Shown piece by piece: positions 1-13,446 of a stretch of 64,000 nt of DNA. Under the pieces are notes generated by a model that was not told the origin of the DNA, ran no database searches, and saw nothing but the letters and a program-made list of their open reading frames with translations. Numbering within the stretch: position 1 is the first letter of the stretch; every line of letters starts with the position of its first letter. This stretch comes from Callorhinchus milii (Eukaryota), in NCBI RefSeq assembly GCF_018977255.1, contig NW_024704743.1:53694001-53758000 (forward strand), in the 5' to 3' direction. The position numbers were made by a program, and so were the translations under genes.

Positions 1-82
1 AATCGACTAACAATCAGGTTCCTATTTACTGCTAGGTAAACAGAAGCGTGTGGAGTAAGGAAACTTGCCTAAGGTTTCGCTC
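1..82 (-). mobile_element. Partial tRNA-derived SINE
   Basis: Matches the internal segment of the other SINE copies. Confidence 0.8.
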
Positions 83-1524
83 AACAAGGATAGTATAGAG
101 TGAATACTGTATTTATTTCATGAAATCTTTGAAATGATCTTCATGGCAATTGATAATAAATAATAATAATCCTGGTATTTGATGTAATTTGATTGGATCA
201 ACATCCCCATCGCCCCAGTTCTTGCCAGGCTTTGTTGGCTCTTGGTTGCAGAATGGATTGATATCAAGATTCTCTCATTTTCAAATGTCTTCACGCTCTG
301 TCACCTCCCTCCTCTCTGATCTGCTCACACCCACTCACTACCTGCTGCCTTCGTTCAGCTATCTCAGGTCTGCTACACTTCCCTCATCCTCTCTGCTCCT
401 TGATGTTCTTGAGGTCCAAGTCCATTGAGGCGTGTCAGACTTACTCAGCACCAGCTGCTCTATCTAGGTCCTCAAAGGGGCCTTGGCAAATAGACATGCC
501 CACTGTGAAACCACCTCCACCTTCAGGATGTTCAATGACAGGACAGTTTAGGCCAGAGCCCTTCCTCCCTGTAGCTGCTTCCCGTGTTCGCCACAAATCC
601 GCCTCACTGCTTGATCCTGTACTTTGCAGATGGGTCAGAGGAAGCCTCTCTGTTATATCCCAGGAGCTCAGATCCATAAAGCAGGACTGTTTGCACACAG
701 ATCTTGTATGCCACAAGCCTGACCTGCATTGGGACCTTGCTGTCCTTTAAGAAGGATGAGCATGACCAGAGTGCCCTTCCCACTTCTCAGCGTGGTACTT
801 CAGCTTCACAATTGACAGCTGTGCTTTCAGCCACTGTGCACCAAATCTCTAGAACTCTCTGCCCCAATCCTTCCATTTTGCCCCCTCTTTGCCCACCTTC
901 AAATCACACCTGAAGACTTTTTTCTTTGACCATGCCTTTGGTTACCTGCCCTCTCTTTACGGCTCGATGTCAAACTACAGCACTGTGAAGCGCTCGGAGA
1001 TGCTATCCCGTGTGACGGGCACTATATAAACACAAGCACATTGAGACGTCATCCCTACCTGAAAGGCACAAATTATTGATGTTCCTCCTTTCATGTAGGG
1101 ATGATGTCTCAACGCACTTCACAGGATATACTGGGCCATGAACAGTGTTTATTGTTGGCAAATGTTACAAACCATGGAGCTTGCTCCCCAATTTTATTAC
1201 ATCACAGAGCTTTTAATCCCATTTTCCACCTATTCTTCATAACTACTGATAACCCTTACTTCTCAATTTGAGCACTGTTCTGCAGTCATTTTCTCCAGAA
1301 CTTCTTTTTATCTCCTCCCATGCTTTCCCCCCAAACGAAACAAAGAAATGTATGCAAGTGTTGCTTTATTTAAAAAAAATTGTTGTCGTTATATTTTCCT
1401 GCTGGAAGTTATAAAACACTTTGAATCCTGTCGAATCTCTTGTGGCTTTTTAACACTCTTCCGGCTCGAGGGTAGAGAGGAAATGCTGCACTTTATTGAT
1501 ACCTTCAAAGAGAACATGACATTT

Positions 1525-1838
1525 GTTTTAGTTGGACAAGCAGTGGGAACCTCACCAGACAGTGCTTTCAATGGCAAGTTATGTAATTTTAGTTGGTTGA
1601 ACTCCAGCAGTTCCCCAACGCACATTCTGTGGGATCTGCAAACCTTGGTTCTTGCCAACCTGCGCCTAATGTGGTAAGCAGTGTACATCCCTCCAGCGAG
1701 AGAGATTGAGTTCCATTCCAGACACAGGAATTTCCATGAGGAGATGACATACATGGATCGGTCAGCTTGGGTTGGATACTCTTAAGTATGGTGATGCATT
1801 TCCGCATGTGTCAGACACCTGGATGACCAAAACCAAAT
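1525..1838 (+). repeat. Unclassified interspersed repeat, family X copy 1
   Basis: Aligns by eye with 13447-13843 (+) and 44806-45200 (-). Confidence 0.8.
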
Positions 1839-2676
1839 ATGACACATACAGTAGAAAATGAGAATGTTTAATGTTACCTGCTTATCAGAAATGAAAATGA
1901 ATAATCACAGTATAGTGTTCCAGAAAAGGGTGAGGTAGCTCAGGTTGAGCATGAATGTTTATCAAAAATAGAGAATATTAAACCCAAACGGTTAACATAG
2001 AAATCGGCCATTTCAGCCTAAAAATGATATAAAGAAGCCTGGTCAGTAAATATAGCTGTCATTTTTGCTCTCCCCATACACTTAAACTGAGTGTGGTGTA
2101 CCTGAGTCTAAAACTGTTCATGATTTACTGACAAAGCTTTTTGGATCCATTTCTTCTTTTGAAAATCTTTTAATTTAAATTAATCATAACCAAATTCTGC
2201 AAATTACAATTTCTGAATAACCATAATAGGTCTCAACAGAATATAAAGTTACGAGTTGCCTAAGTGAATCAAATTAGTGTCTGCAGTGCACTGGCTTTGT
2301 TTTCACACTGGTTAATCTGAACACAGTTTATATTTGTTTCAAAATTGTTTTGGAAAACGTCTTGCCAATTCCCATTTCCGTATTTTCTTTTTTTCAATAA
2401 AATGTTTGTGTAAAGTTACTTTGGCACTTATTTCCTCTTAAATAGCTTTTGTCAATGCATGTTTCATGATAAACAGGTAGGTAGAAAAACATGGAATATA
2501 ACCAGTGTTTACTCTAAAAATAATACTTTTATTTGATACAGCACCTTATCAAGTCATTGACCTGTCTCAGTGCACTTCACAGGAATTACTGTAAGGCAGC
2601 GGTGGCAAATTGCCTTCCAGTATGTTTTTGATAATCATTCAGACTCAACCTGAGCTATTTCACCCTATTCTGGAAC

Positions 2677-3521
2677 ATCAACAAGACTGAGGCTCTCCTG
2701 ATTGGCTTCCGTCAGTGCCTCCTCACCTCAAGCGCTGACAGCATCGCCGTCCATGGTTACACACTCCACCTTACTAAGCCGGTCCAGAACCTTGGGGTCT
2801 TGATTCACCCTCAACTATCCTTTTTACCTCACATCTGTGCCATGACCTGCTCTGCTTTCCCCCACCTCTGCAACATTGCCCGGCTCTGCCACTGTCTCAC
2901 ACTGCAGGCCACCGAAACCCTCATACATGCTTCATTACATCGAGGCTCGACTATGCAAAATCCCTGCTTGTCGGCCTCCCCAACTACTACCTCCATAGGC
3001 TGCAGATCATCCAGAACTTTGCAGCCTGTGTCCTCTCCCGCACCAGACTCCGTGACCCTATCACCCCCATCCTTGCCCGACTCCATTGGCTTCCCATCAC
3101 ACAGAGGATGCAGTTCAAGATCCTGGTCCTCACATTCAAAGCCCTCCATGGTCTTGCTCCCCCCCTACCTCTGCCACCTCCTAACGCCCTATTATCCTGT
3201 TCGCTCCCACCGCTCAGCGGGCACCATCCTGCTTCACATCCCCTAACTCGCTCACCCCACTATTGGCAGGCGGGCCTTCTGCCACTCTACCCTCACCCTC
3301 TGGAACTCCATTCCACAGTCCCTCTGCCTCGCTCCCTCCCTTGCCACCTTCAAGACCCTCCTCTTCAACCGTGCTTTCGATCTCCCTGCTTCCCACCCTA
3401 CCCTCCACCCTCCCTGATCCCGACCCCCAGCTCAGGTCCGAAACTCTGTCTGTCCAGGACTTTGGGCCTCCTTCTGATGTGAAAGGCACTATACAAATGT
3501 CATTTTGTGGTTGTTGTTGTT
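2677..3521 (+). mobile_element. L2 LINE 3' fragment
   Basis: QFKILVLTFKALHGLAP C-terminal motif, 3' UTR and (TTG)n tail. Confidence 0.9.
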
Positions 3522-3658
3522 GGTTACCCAACAAAATACATTTTCTAGATTGAATATTTCTTGATTAATGCCAATAATCGAGAAAAAAATGGAAACAAAA
3601 TATAGTTTTGAAACAGATTCACCTCGACTAGTGCGAATGTTTTGTGGGCCACTTCTTG

Positions 3659-4034
3659 ATAATCATAATCCTTGCATTTGATATAGCGCTTTTCACGTCT
3701 TCTCAATGTCTCAAAGCGTTTCACAGAATAATAATAATAATAATTCTTGCATTTGATATAGCGCTTTTCATGTCGGGAGGACGTCCCAAAGCGCTTCACA
3801 GAACACACTGTAAAGTGAATTGACTGTATATTTGTGGGCGAATGCGACAGCCAATTGCGCACAGCAGTGTCCCACAAACAGTCGTGGATTGAAATGACCA
3901 ATTTATTATTGTTTTTTTTTCTTGAGGGATTATTATCAGGCATGTGGAGTAAGGAAACTTGCCCAAGGTTTCATCCTGCCGGGAATCAAACCCAGGTTGC
4001 AAAGCGAGTGCTCTGACCACTGAGCTACAGGACT
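3659..4034 (-). mobile_element. tRNA-derived SINE (short variant) with duplicated tail
   Basis: Head gtcctgtagctcagtgg at the 4034 end; two tandem 3' tails. Confidence 0.9.
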
Positions 4035-4086
4035 TGATGGCCTTGTGGGCCACCTCCAGCCCGCGGGCCATGGTTTGGCCACCACG

Positions 4087-4515
4087 ACCAACAACAAACA
4101 ACAAAATTACATTTGTATAATGCCTTTCAAGACAGGAGGATGTCCCAAGGTGCTAGAAAATCAGTGTTTCGGTCCTGAGCTGGCGTTTGAATGTGAGAAC
4201 CAGGATCTTGAATTGTATCCTCTATGTGATGAGAAGCCAGTGGAGTTGGGCGAGGATGGGGTGGTAGGGTCACGGAACCTGGTGCAGGAGAGGACATGGG
4301 CTGCAGAGTTCTGGGTGATCTGTAGCCTATGGAGATCATCTGGGGAGGCCGACAAGCAGGGAGTTTGCGTATTCGAGCCTGGATCTTATAATATGTGCAT
4401 GAGGGTCTCGGCGGCCTGCGATGTGGGACAGTGGTGGAGCTGGGCGATGTTGCGGAGGTGGGGGAAGGCAGAGCGGGACATGGCACAGATGCGGGCTAGA
4501 AAGGATAGTCGGGTA
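4087..4515 (-). mobile_element. L2 LINE 3' fragment with internal deletion
   Basis: LQITQNSAAHVLS motif and L2 tail on the minus strand. Confidence 0.85.
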
Positions 4516-6327
4516 CACCATTACTGTAAGGTATAGTTATTGTGTACTTGCGGGCTTGAATCTTCTGACTCAAGTGCAAGTCCTACCAACTGTACCAGGC
4601 TGACACCAAATTTATAGAAAGATGGTGACTGACAGTGTAAAGTTTTAGCCACTTGCAACATAGAATTATCTTCATAGCTTTCAGAGCAGGTTGCCACCCA
4701 CACCCCCCCACCTTATCCCTTTCCAGCAAGATAGATGTAATAGCAAATATCTGTTGGTTACTCTAATACCTAAATGTGGCTCCTAATTTTTAGAAGGGTT
4801 TGCAAACTGTGTCATGCTCTGGTATTTCCCTAATCTTGGTAACTGAGCATCATAAGGAAATGTGATTGCATCTCAGAAGAATTTTTCTAAAACCATATGA
4901 TTTGTAAATAGACCAACCAAAATTCCGTAAGAACTAATTACAAATAATTTTCATTTCTCTTTAACTGTGTTTTCAATCATCTTGGGGACTTATTGTAACT
5001 TTTATTCTGGTTTGGATGCTCTGAAACATGATGATAGGATGTGTCAGACACTCAGCTGACCAGAAAAAAGTTTCTTCTGCGTGTTGCGGCCAACAATCAC
5101 CCCAGTAAAATAAAAGTGAAGTCCTGTAGCTTAGTGGTTGTGGAGTCCTTTAGCTTAGAGCCCTTACGCCCCAAAACTTTTGAAAACTCTTTCTCTATCC
5201 CTCTGCTTTGCCCGTCTTCAGATCGTGCTTGAAAACCTTCCTCTTTGACCGTGCCTACGGTCAACTCTCCTCTTCTGCCAGCTTGGTGCCATGCTCCTCC
5301 ACTGTCAAGCGATCTGGGACCCAATCCTGTGTGAGGAGTGCTATATAAATGTAAGTTGTTGCTGTTGCTGTAGAGCACTCAACTTTCCACAGAACACGTA
5401 GAGAATTTACTAACAGCTGGACTATTCTCTCCATCATTTCTAATAATGGATGGACCTAGTTAATACACATGGTTGAAATGGAAATCCCTTGGATTAATTA
5501 CTTGCATCCCAGCCAATATCCAATCATTCCAACCACACTACTGGGCTCTTTAACACTTTCAAGTCAAGATGGAAGTCAAGGTAATCTATGATTTATTTCA
5601 GGTAGAAAGAATGGCAAATACAGGGCTTGGAACTTTCCGGAAGTGGTCAAAACTTACTATACTGAAATGTTAATAATAATAATTATTCTTGCATTTGGTA
5701 CAGCAGCTTTCACATCTGGAGAACATCCCAAAGCATTTTACAGGCTATATTGTAAAGCTGAGTGACTGTGTGTCTTGCTGGTGAATGCAAAGCTCATTTG
5801 TGCACAGCAATGTCCCACAAACAGGCATGGAGTGAATGAGCAATCTTATTTAGGGGATTGTTGACCAGGATATGGTGGGAAACTCCCTTCTCTTTTCCAA
5901 GTGTCACAAGATCTTGAACCCTGGTTTAAAATCTCATTTAAAAGATGTGTAACTTAATAAGCAAGTCAAATTAATTGCATGCTTTTCAATGTAACGAATA
6001 ATCTTGGAATATATTCCTGATGGCAGAAATTACTTGAATAACGCAATTCGGTCTAAGTTTCTAAATCATGTAACACACAGTGAAGCTTTAATTATTTTGT
6101 GGCCACATTAATCACATCAATATCATAGAGCAGGAATCATAGACATTACAGCAGAGAAGGAGGCCTATTGATTCTATGATGGAGTTTGGATCAGTTGGTA
6201 GAACAATAATTGTTTATTTTATTTTATTTTCCCCTGTTGCCGATTTACCATCCAGGGAGAATAATCTTTAATTCTCTATCTTCTCTAAATATTTCAGAAT
6301 TTTGAACACCTCTAGGAGATCTCCTCT

Positions 6328-6570
6328 CAACAACAACAATAAATGACATTTGTATAGAGCCTTGCATGTCGGGAGATTTGGAATCGAGCTGGAGGTTGGT
6401 ATCAAGAGGGGTGGAGGGCATGGAAGGTAGGGGTAGGAGGGTGACGGAAGGTGCGGTCGAAAGGGAGGGTCTTGAGATGTGCCAAGAGAGGGAGAGAGGT
6501 GTAGGGACTGTGGGGTGGAGTTCAAAAGGGTGGTGGCAGAGATACTGAAGGCCTGACCGCCAATGGACCC
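6328..6570 (-). mobile_element. L2 LINE 3' fragment
   Basis: IGGQAFS..A..L.NS motif and (TTG)n tail. Confidence 0.8.
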
Positions 6571-6884
6571 AACATAATAAAATGTTAAACCTCTATACAC
6601 AGCCTTATTTTTTCAAATCTTTATTTGCTCTAACACACAATCCTTGACATGTTCCATGTAAATCTATACTACAGTATTTTTCTACATTAATCTATGTTTT
6701 TGAACTATTTACCCACTCTTCTGAGTGAACTGTTACAATTTTCCCTTGGTACTTGAACCCACCACAGTAATTTGAAAAAAAACTTTTACTTTTAAAAATA
6801 AGTTTTGAAAAAAGTGTTTATCTTAAATATTGAGATAAGATATCACACTGTGATTTACTGTGCTAAATCAGGATACTATGGAGT

Positions 6885-7375
6885 GGAGTCCTGTAGCTCA
6901 GTGGTTAGCGCACTCTCCTCACAAGCGAGAGACCTGGGTTTGATTCCTGGGCAGGGTGAAACGTTGGGCAAGTTTCCTTATTCCACACACCTCTGTTTAC
7001 CTAGCAGAAAATAGGAACCTGGTTGTTAGTCGATTGGCGGATTGCTTTTCCAGGGGTAATAATCCCATCAAAAAATAAATATAAAAATAATTAGTCACTC
7101 AGTCCGCGATTGTTTGTGGGATTCTGCTGTGCGCAATTGGCTTGCCACATTTCGCCCACAAAATATACAGTCAATTCACTTTACAGTTCTGACGAAAGCT
7201 CATTAACCTGAAACGTTAACTCACTTTCCTCTCTCCATAGATGCTGCCTGACCTGCTGAGTGTTCCCAGCGACTTCCAGTTTTATTTCACTTTACAGTAT
7301 ATTCTGTGAAACTCTTTGAGACGTTTTGAAGACATGATAAGCCGTTATATCAAATGCAAAGATTATTATTACTAT
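6885..7375 (+). mobile_element. tRNA-derived SINE with L2-type tail (long variant), interrupted by a Penelope-like fragment
   Basis: A box tagctcagtgg, B box ggtttgattcc, shared body, (TTA)n tail. Confidence 0.9.
7188..7285 (+). mobile_element. Penelope-like fragment with degenerate hammerhead, nested in a SINE
   Basis: ctgacga...gaaacgttaact followed by the shared body; 13-bp TSD ttcactttacagt at 7175-7187 and 7286-7298. Confidence 0.75.
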
Positions 7376-8997
7376 ATTACGTGAAGGTGGAGAGGGTACA
7401 GGAAACCAATATTCAGTAAGTCATACCATGGCGATGTTGATGTGTTAAGGCTAATAAAGATTTCATTGGGAATAAAATGTAAAATAATGTTAAATAAAAA
7501 AATGTAGAATAAAATGTAATCTAAATTCAGGAGAAATGCTTCAGAAAATCTGAACAAAATCTTCATTAAATGTTCTATATTAAAGTTAGATGAGTGAATG
7601 ACGGCAAAAATGGCATTGATTAGTTATCTGTTCATCACAAGATCACAAGTGAGGTTTGGGTGAAGAATACCCTTTGGCCCATTTGATATCATCCTTTAAG
7701 AATACTCACCATATCATCTTTTCAGTGAAACTGTTATGCAAGGATTCTTTGTGATTCCTCTTTTGTTTACACAATTCATAAATTACTTGGAAGAGAGAAT
7801 TCCTTGTAATATTACAAAATATGTTTAAATCCTGTGAAGTGATCTGAGGCATCCTCATAACTTGAAAGGTGGTATATTACAATAATCTGAATCAATTAAA
7901 CAAATAGGCTGAGAGATGACAGATAATGAATTTTAATGTAAATGAATGTCAGGTGATGTGTATTGCAATGGGTTAAAATGTACTGCGCTTCTTATTTAAC
8001 ATCAGTGTAAATGACCAAGTTGCAGCACTTGTCTCCAGGTAAGCAGTTCCATCATTTTCAGCCTCTAGCTCCTGCCATATTTTCAATTTGAGCTGAGCAA
8101 TTTTTCTTTTCTAAATTTTAGGCATTACATCAGGCTACAATTTCATTATGTTAAATGTTTATTTTTCAGTATTAGTTTGTTGAGGAGGGTCAAAATTCTC
8201 TCACTCCTCGGCTGAACATGAACTGTTATTGATCGGAGGCCTTGGGTCCAGCCCGCTCAGTCGATTTAAAAAGTTATGAGGCAAACTCTTAATATAAAAG
8301 CAGCACAAAAGGTTGAAAGAGGTCATTTACACCTTGACTGGATGACTAGTGAGGACATTGATAGAGGTTTTCCCAATGAAAAACAGTGCATTGTGAAATA
8401 AAGCAGATATTTACTCTGTTAACAGAACCATCTTATGTTAAGGAAATTAATATTACTAAATAGTAAAAATTGGGACAACCTCTTACCTCTGATTTTGGTT
8501 CGACCTAAATAATCTGAGTAGCCGACCCGGTTAGCACTGTATGCGATGGATTTATAGGAGTATACAAGAAGCAAAATGAGCCTGACAACTGCTTTCATGT
8601 TGACTAGGTGAAGCTCTACAGAACAAATGAACCCTTTTTTTATGTTTCTGTAGCTCCTGACAAATTTGGATTTAAGGCGCTCTTGTGTAATTTTGTAATT
8701 CTGAATTGAATACAATTGATTATGATATGTTATACGTGAATAATGTTTGACAGTGTTATGCGACAACAGATGATGATCGGAGTTTTCAGAACTCAATCCT
8801 TATAGAAGAACTGCAGAAAAGAAGAGAGCATTTTTTTTAAAAAAGCTTGTTTGTAATGTTGGGAATAACAATTATGTATAATTAAGATAGAGTTTGCAAT
8901 TTTTTAAGGACAACTCACCTACTAAAGTAATGCACAATATTTGTATGTTCCTTTAAGAAATAACCTGTCTGCCTGGGATTTTAAAAACATATGAACA

Positions 8998-9367
8998 ATA
9001 TAATAATAATAATCCTTGCATTTGACAATGTGCCTTATCACATCTTCTAGATGTCTCAAAATGCTTCACAGAATATACTGTACAGTGAATTGACTGTATA
9101 TTTTGTGGGTGAAATGCGGCAGCCAATTGCGCACAGCAGTGTCCCATAAACAGTTGTGAATTGAGTGAACAAATTTTTTTAAGATAGGGATTATTACCCC
9201 CAGAAAAGCGATCCGTCAATCAACTAACAACCTGGTTCCTACTTACTGCTGGATAAACAGAAGCATGTGGAATAAATAAATTTACCCAATGTTTCGCCCG
9301 GCCAGGAATCAAAACCAGGCATCTCGCTTGCAAGGTGAGCACTCTAACCACTGAGCTACAGGACTCA
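8998..9367 (-). mobile_element. tRNA-derived SINE (long variant)
   Basis: Head, body and (TTA)n tail all present. Confidence 0.9.
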
Positions 9368-10983
9368 ACGTCCTGTAAGCTAACAAGGTAAGGAAACAAA
9401 GATAATTGGGTATCAATTAGAGAAAGAATTATGGAAAGTAGCCAACAATCTACAATTTGTCTATGGTAACTACTCTCAAGAAGAAAAAATGTAAGAAGAT
9501 TGAATATTTCTTCATAGGTTATAGACAGAAACACTTTGTCATGTACATGAGTTAACAGTGTCACTTCCTTATTTGTTGATGGAAAAGATGCGTATTCTGA
9601 TTTGGCAATAGTGCATAATATTTAATAATGCATGGCACAGTACACATGAATCATGTGCATGTGCTTGCTATCTTGTTGTATAATACTAAAGAAGATGGGT
9701 AAAACGCAACAGCTAATACATTGAAATAATTCGACATAAGTGGTTACCTTTACCAAACCACACCAATGGTCACTATGAATCAAAACCACTGCTGTGTGCT
9801 GAATGCAGACTTTGAAATTCGAAGTACATTGGTGACAGGACACTTGTTCAAAAAGTGACAAGTTTGAACTTCAGCTTTTTTGTCTACATTAATCATTTGC
9901 GAATTCCTAAAGAACTGTAAGGCACTTGGACTAACTGAATTCTGTTCAGCTTCTGTTTATGTTACTCGAAGGAAGGATATCAATAAGTGTGCTGATGTGA
10001 TGACATGTGTAACGTAAACTTGTATACAGGCCGCGTGATAAGAAGATGAGGCACTGAAGAATGGGTCATTGTTTCCCAAATTGGTAATTTTATCTTTCTG
10101 TTCATACACATTGCAATATAAAAGGTTTCTTTAATAAAATTGATTATTGAAGGACCACCTGAATCTATGAGCTTATTACCTTGGTGTCCAAAATCTTAAA
10201 TTATAAATAGTTAAACTTCAAGGAATTTATTTGAAGTAAATATAAGATTAATCTACTTGCAGTCAACACTTGCCATATTCCCATACACCTTCAAGCTTCA
10301 TGTTTTCATATTCAATGAGGTATTATCTCTACAGATCTTTTTCCAGGGCAGATTGATATTCATGGTAGGATAGGTTTTGTATTTTTTGTATTTTATATTT
10401 CATCCTTGCATTTGATATAGTGCCTTATTATGTAATTGAGACATCTCCATGACCTAAGTAACTTCTTCCTTGAATCATTCTTTCCTCTTCCCTAATTGGG
10501 GAACATTAGGCACCTCTCCGTTATGAAGTGGCAGAGATGAATGATACAGTTGTGAAAGACTATGTACATGAACTTAGGTCCTACCACTTTATGATATAAC
10601 ATGTTGGGACTGACACTCACTGTTATATTATCCCCTTCACAATACATGTTTGAGTTAGACCAGCAGAGGGTGCTCAGTGTCCTCATATGGGAATGTTTCA
10701 GCTTTTTTTCTCTGACGCCGTCTATTTCTAAACTCACGGTGTATTGGGAATGTAATTGAATGCAAAAAACATTTGTGGAAATTTCTTGTCTTACAATATA
10801 TAGAAAATATTGATCTGTTCACAATATTGATCTGCACACGTCTGGTGGTGTGAGCTTATAAATTTACTGACAAATGCAGAGTCGCCACCAATGTCAGAAA
10901 ATCACCTCAAAATATCTCATAAGGATAACCTTGTTTTCTAATATCTGAAAATGTTGCTAGAAAATGTATCCACTGATTATCTT

Positions 10984-11328
10984 GTCCTGTAGCTCAGTGG
11001 TTAGAGCACTCGCCTCACAAGCGAGATACCTGGGTTTGATTCCCGGCAGGGCAAAATGGTCAGCAAGTTTCCTTATTCCACACACCTCTGCTTACCTAGC
11101 AGTAAGTAGGAACCTGGTTGTTAGTCGATTGATGGATCGCTTTTCCCGGGATAATAATTCCTTAAAAAAACACTTATTCCATGACTGTTTGTGGGACACT
11201 GCTGTGTGCAATTGGCTGCTCCACAAAATATACAGTCAATTCACTTTACAGTATATTCTGTGAAGTGCTTTGAGACGTCTTGAAGACGTGATAAGGCGCT
11301 ATGTCAAATGCAAGGATTATTATTATTC
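10984..11328 (+). mobile_element. tRNA-derived SINE (long variant)
   Basis: Head, body and (TTA)n tail all present. Confidence 0.9.
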
Positions 11329-11476
11329 TCTTAGGTCACTTGGTCAATTGAACTAAGCTCAACAAGACATTAACCACCTGCCTATTCAAGGTGGATGTTA
11401 AAGATCCCATGGCATTGCTCGAAAACAGGAGAGATGTTTTTCCCTTAGTCCTGGTCAACAATTCCTCAAATAAAAT

Positions 11477-12067
11477 GCAAAATACTGCAAATGCTGGAAA
11501 TCCGAAAACAAAAACAGGAGTCGCTGGGAACACTCAGTAGGTCAGGCGGAAAGGAAAGTGTGCCCATATTTTGGGTTCACAACTCTTCATCAGAACTGGG
11601 GCATGTTGGGAGGGAGAGGCTTTCAAGGGCTAACAGACAGAGGGGAGGCAGGGCAAGGAAGACAACGGAGAAAATGGGGTAGAGGTCAGGGGATGATGGG
11701 TTAAAGAGGTGTTAATGATGCAAAACAAAGGGGGGATTGAAACATGGGTTTCAGAAGGGAAGATCCTTCTGTACTGTCAATCTCTACTGTCTACAAGCAG
11801 GCTTCTCCTTTTGCTCTGCAGTATTAACACCTCTATTCCCCTGCTTTGTTGCAATACCCCCCTTTGTTTTGCATTCCTTGTCCTCTACCCCATTTCCTCC
11901 TTTGTCTTCCATGTCCTGCCTCCCCCCTCTCTGTTAGCCCTTAAAAGCCTCTCCATCCCAACATGTCCCAGTTCTGACGAAGGGTCATGGACCCGAAACT
12001 TTGACTCACTTTCCTTTCTCCATAGATGCTGCCTGACCTGCTGAGTGTTCCCAGCGACTTCTGTTTT
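11477..12067. mobile_element. Penelope-like element with two inverted terminal-repeat arms (minus arm about 11477-11740, plus arm about 11820-12067)
   Basis: The arms are reverse complements over about 250 bp. Hammerhead motif at 11970-12006. Diverged TSD aattcctcaaataaaat (11460-11476) and aattccccaaatagaat (12068-12084). Confidence 0.75.
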
Positions 12068-12321
12068 AATTCCCCAAATAGAATTGTTTGTTCATTTCAT
12101 GGTGATTTGTGGGACATTCCTGTGCACAAATTGACTGCCACATGTGTCAAGTCACTACACATTACAGTAAATCTTGTGAAACCCTTCGAGACATTCTCCT
12201 GACATGAAAGGCACAGTATCAAATGCAAGGATTCTTATTATTAACACCTTCTGGGTTGGAATCCTGATTAGCCCGTCACCCTTTTGGACTATCATGGAAG
12301 GAGTTGGTAAATATTTCTAAT

Positions 12322-12865
12322 ATACAAATACAAAATTACATTTGTATAGTGCCTTTCACATCGGGAGGACGCTGGACAGTCAGGGATTTGGACCCAAGAA
12401 GGGAGGGGGGGGCGCGAGGGGGTGGGGGGGGGGATGCTGGGGTTGGGTTGCAGAGAGGGTAGGAGGGGGACTAAAGCACAAAGGAGGGAGGGAGGTGAAA
12501 GGAATGTGGGGTGGAGTTCCAAAGGGCTGAGTGGCTGAAGGACTCACCGCCAATAGTGGGGTGAGTCAGGCGGGGTAAGTGGAGCAGGAGTGAAGGGAGC
12601 GGACAGGTTGATATGGGGTTAACAGGTCCCAGAGGTAGGAAGGAGCAAGGCTGTGGAGGGCCTTGAAGGCGAGGACAAGGATTCCAAGCTCTATCCTCTG
12701 GGGGATGGGGAGCCAGTGGAGCCGGGCAAGGGTGGGGGTGATAGGGTCATGGGGCCTGGTGCGGGCGAGGATACGACTTGCAGAGTTTTGGATAATCTGA
12801 AGCTTGTAGAGGGAAGAGTTGGGAAGGCAAACAAGCCCGGAGTTGATGTAGTCGATCCTAGAGCC
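12322..12865 (-). mobile_element. L2 LINE 3' fragment
   Basis: Similar to the other L2 copies; tail at the 12322 end. Confidence 0.85.
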
Positions 12866-12884
12866 TAGATACAGCTAAGAAATG

Positions 12885-13263
12885 AGATCCTCTAGCTCAG
12901 TGGTTAGAGCACTCGCTTTGCAAGTGAGAGACCTGAGTTCAATTCCAGGCAGAGGGCGAAACCTTGCACAAGTTTCCTTACTCCACACACCTAATAATAA
13001 TCCCTCCAAAACAAAACAAGAATAAATTGGTCATTTTCAATCTACGACTGTTTGTGGGACATTGCTGTGCGCAATTGGCTGCCGCGTTCGCCCACAAATA
13101 TACAGTCAATTCACTTTACAGTGTGTTCTGTGAAGTGCTTTGGGACGTCCTCCTGACGTGAAAAGCGCTATATCAAATGCAAGGATTATTATTATTATCA
13201 TTATTATTATCATTATTATTATTATTATTATTGTCATTGTTGTTATTATTATTATTATTATTA
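12885..13263 (+). mobile_element. tRNA-derived SINE (short variant) with expanded (TTA)n tail
   Basis: Head, body and about 78-bp TTA microsatellite tail. Confidence 0.9.
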
Positions 13264-13446
13264 TCCTTCTTTGTGAATGTTTCTGACCTCTTGTTACCTT
13301 TGAATGTTGGTAAAAGCTATAAAACTCATTTTATATATGTGAGAAATTTGAACTTCTTCTTTTATAAGTGGCAGTTTGTTTCTATTATGTGCAGTTAAAC
13401 GATAAACAAGACAAGCCTTTATAATTGTAGGGTATAGTTTCAACAT

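Noticed and set aside
6885..6960. tRNA gene (also the other gtcctgtagctcagtgg heads)
   Set aside because: Always joined to a SINE body and L2-type tail, and the copies are diverged; these are SINE heads.
8290..8330. TATA box plus DR4-like nuclear receptor site
   Set aside because: Short motifs are expected by chance in AT-rich DNA and there is no linked exon.
9997..10057. C/D box snoRNA (GTGATGA...CTGA)
   Set aside because: No terminal stem, no recognisable guide sequence and no identified host gene.
13185..13263. Poly-Leu/poly-Asn ORFs or a CRISPR-like array
   Set aside because: Simple (TTA)n retroposon tail with no repeat-spacer structure, in eukaryotic DNA.
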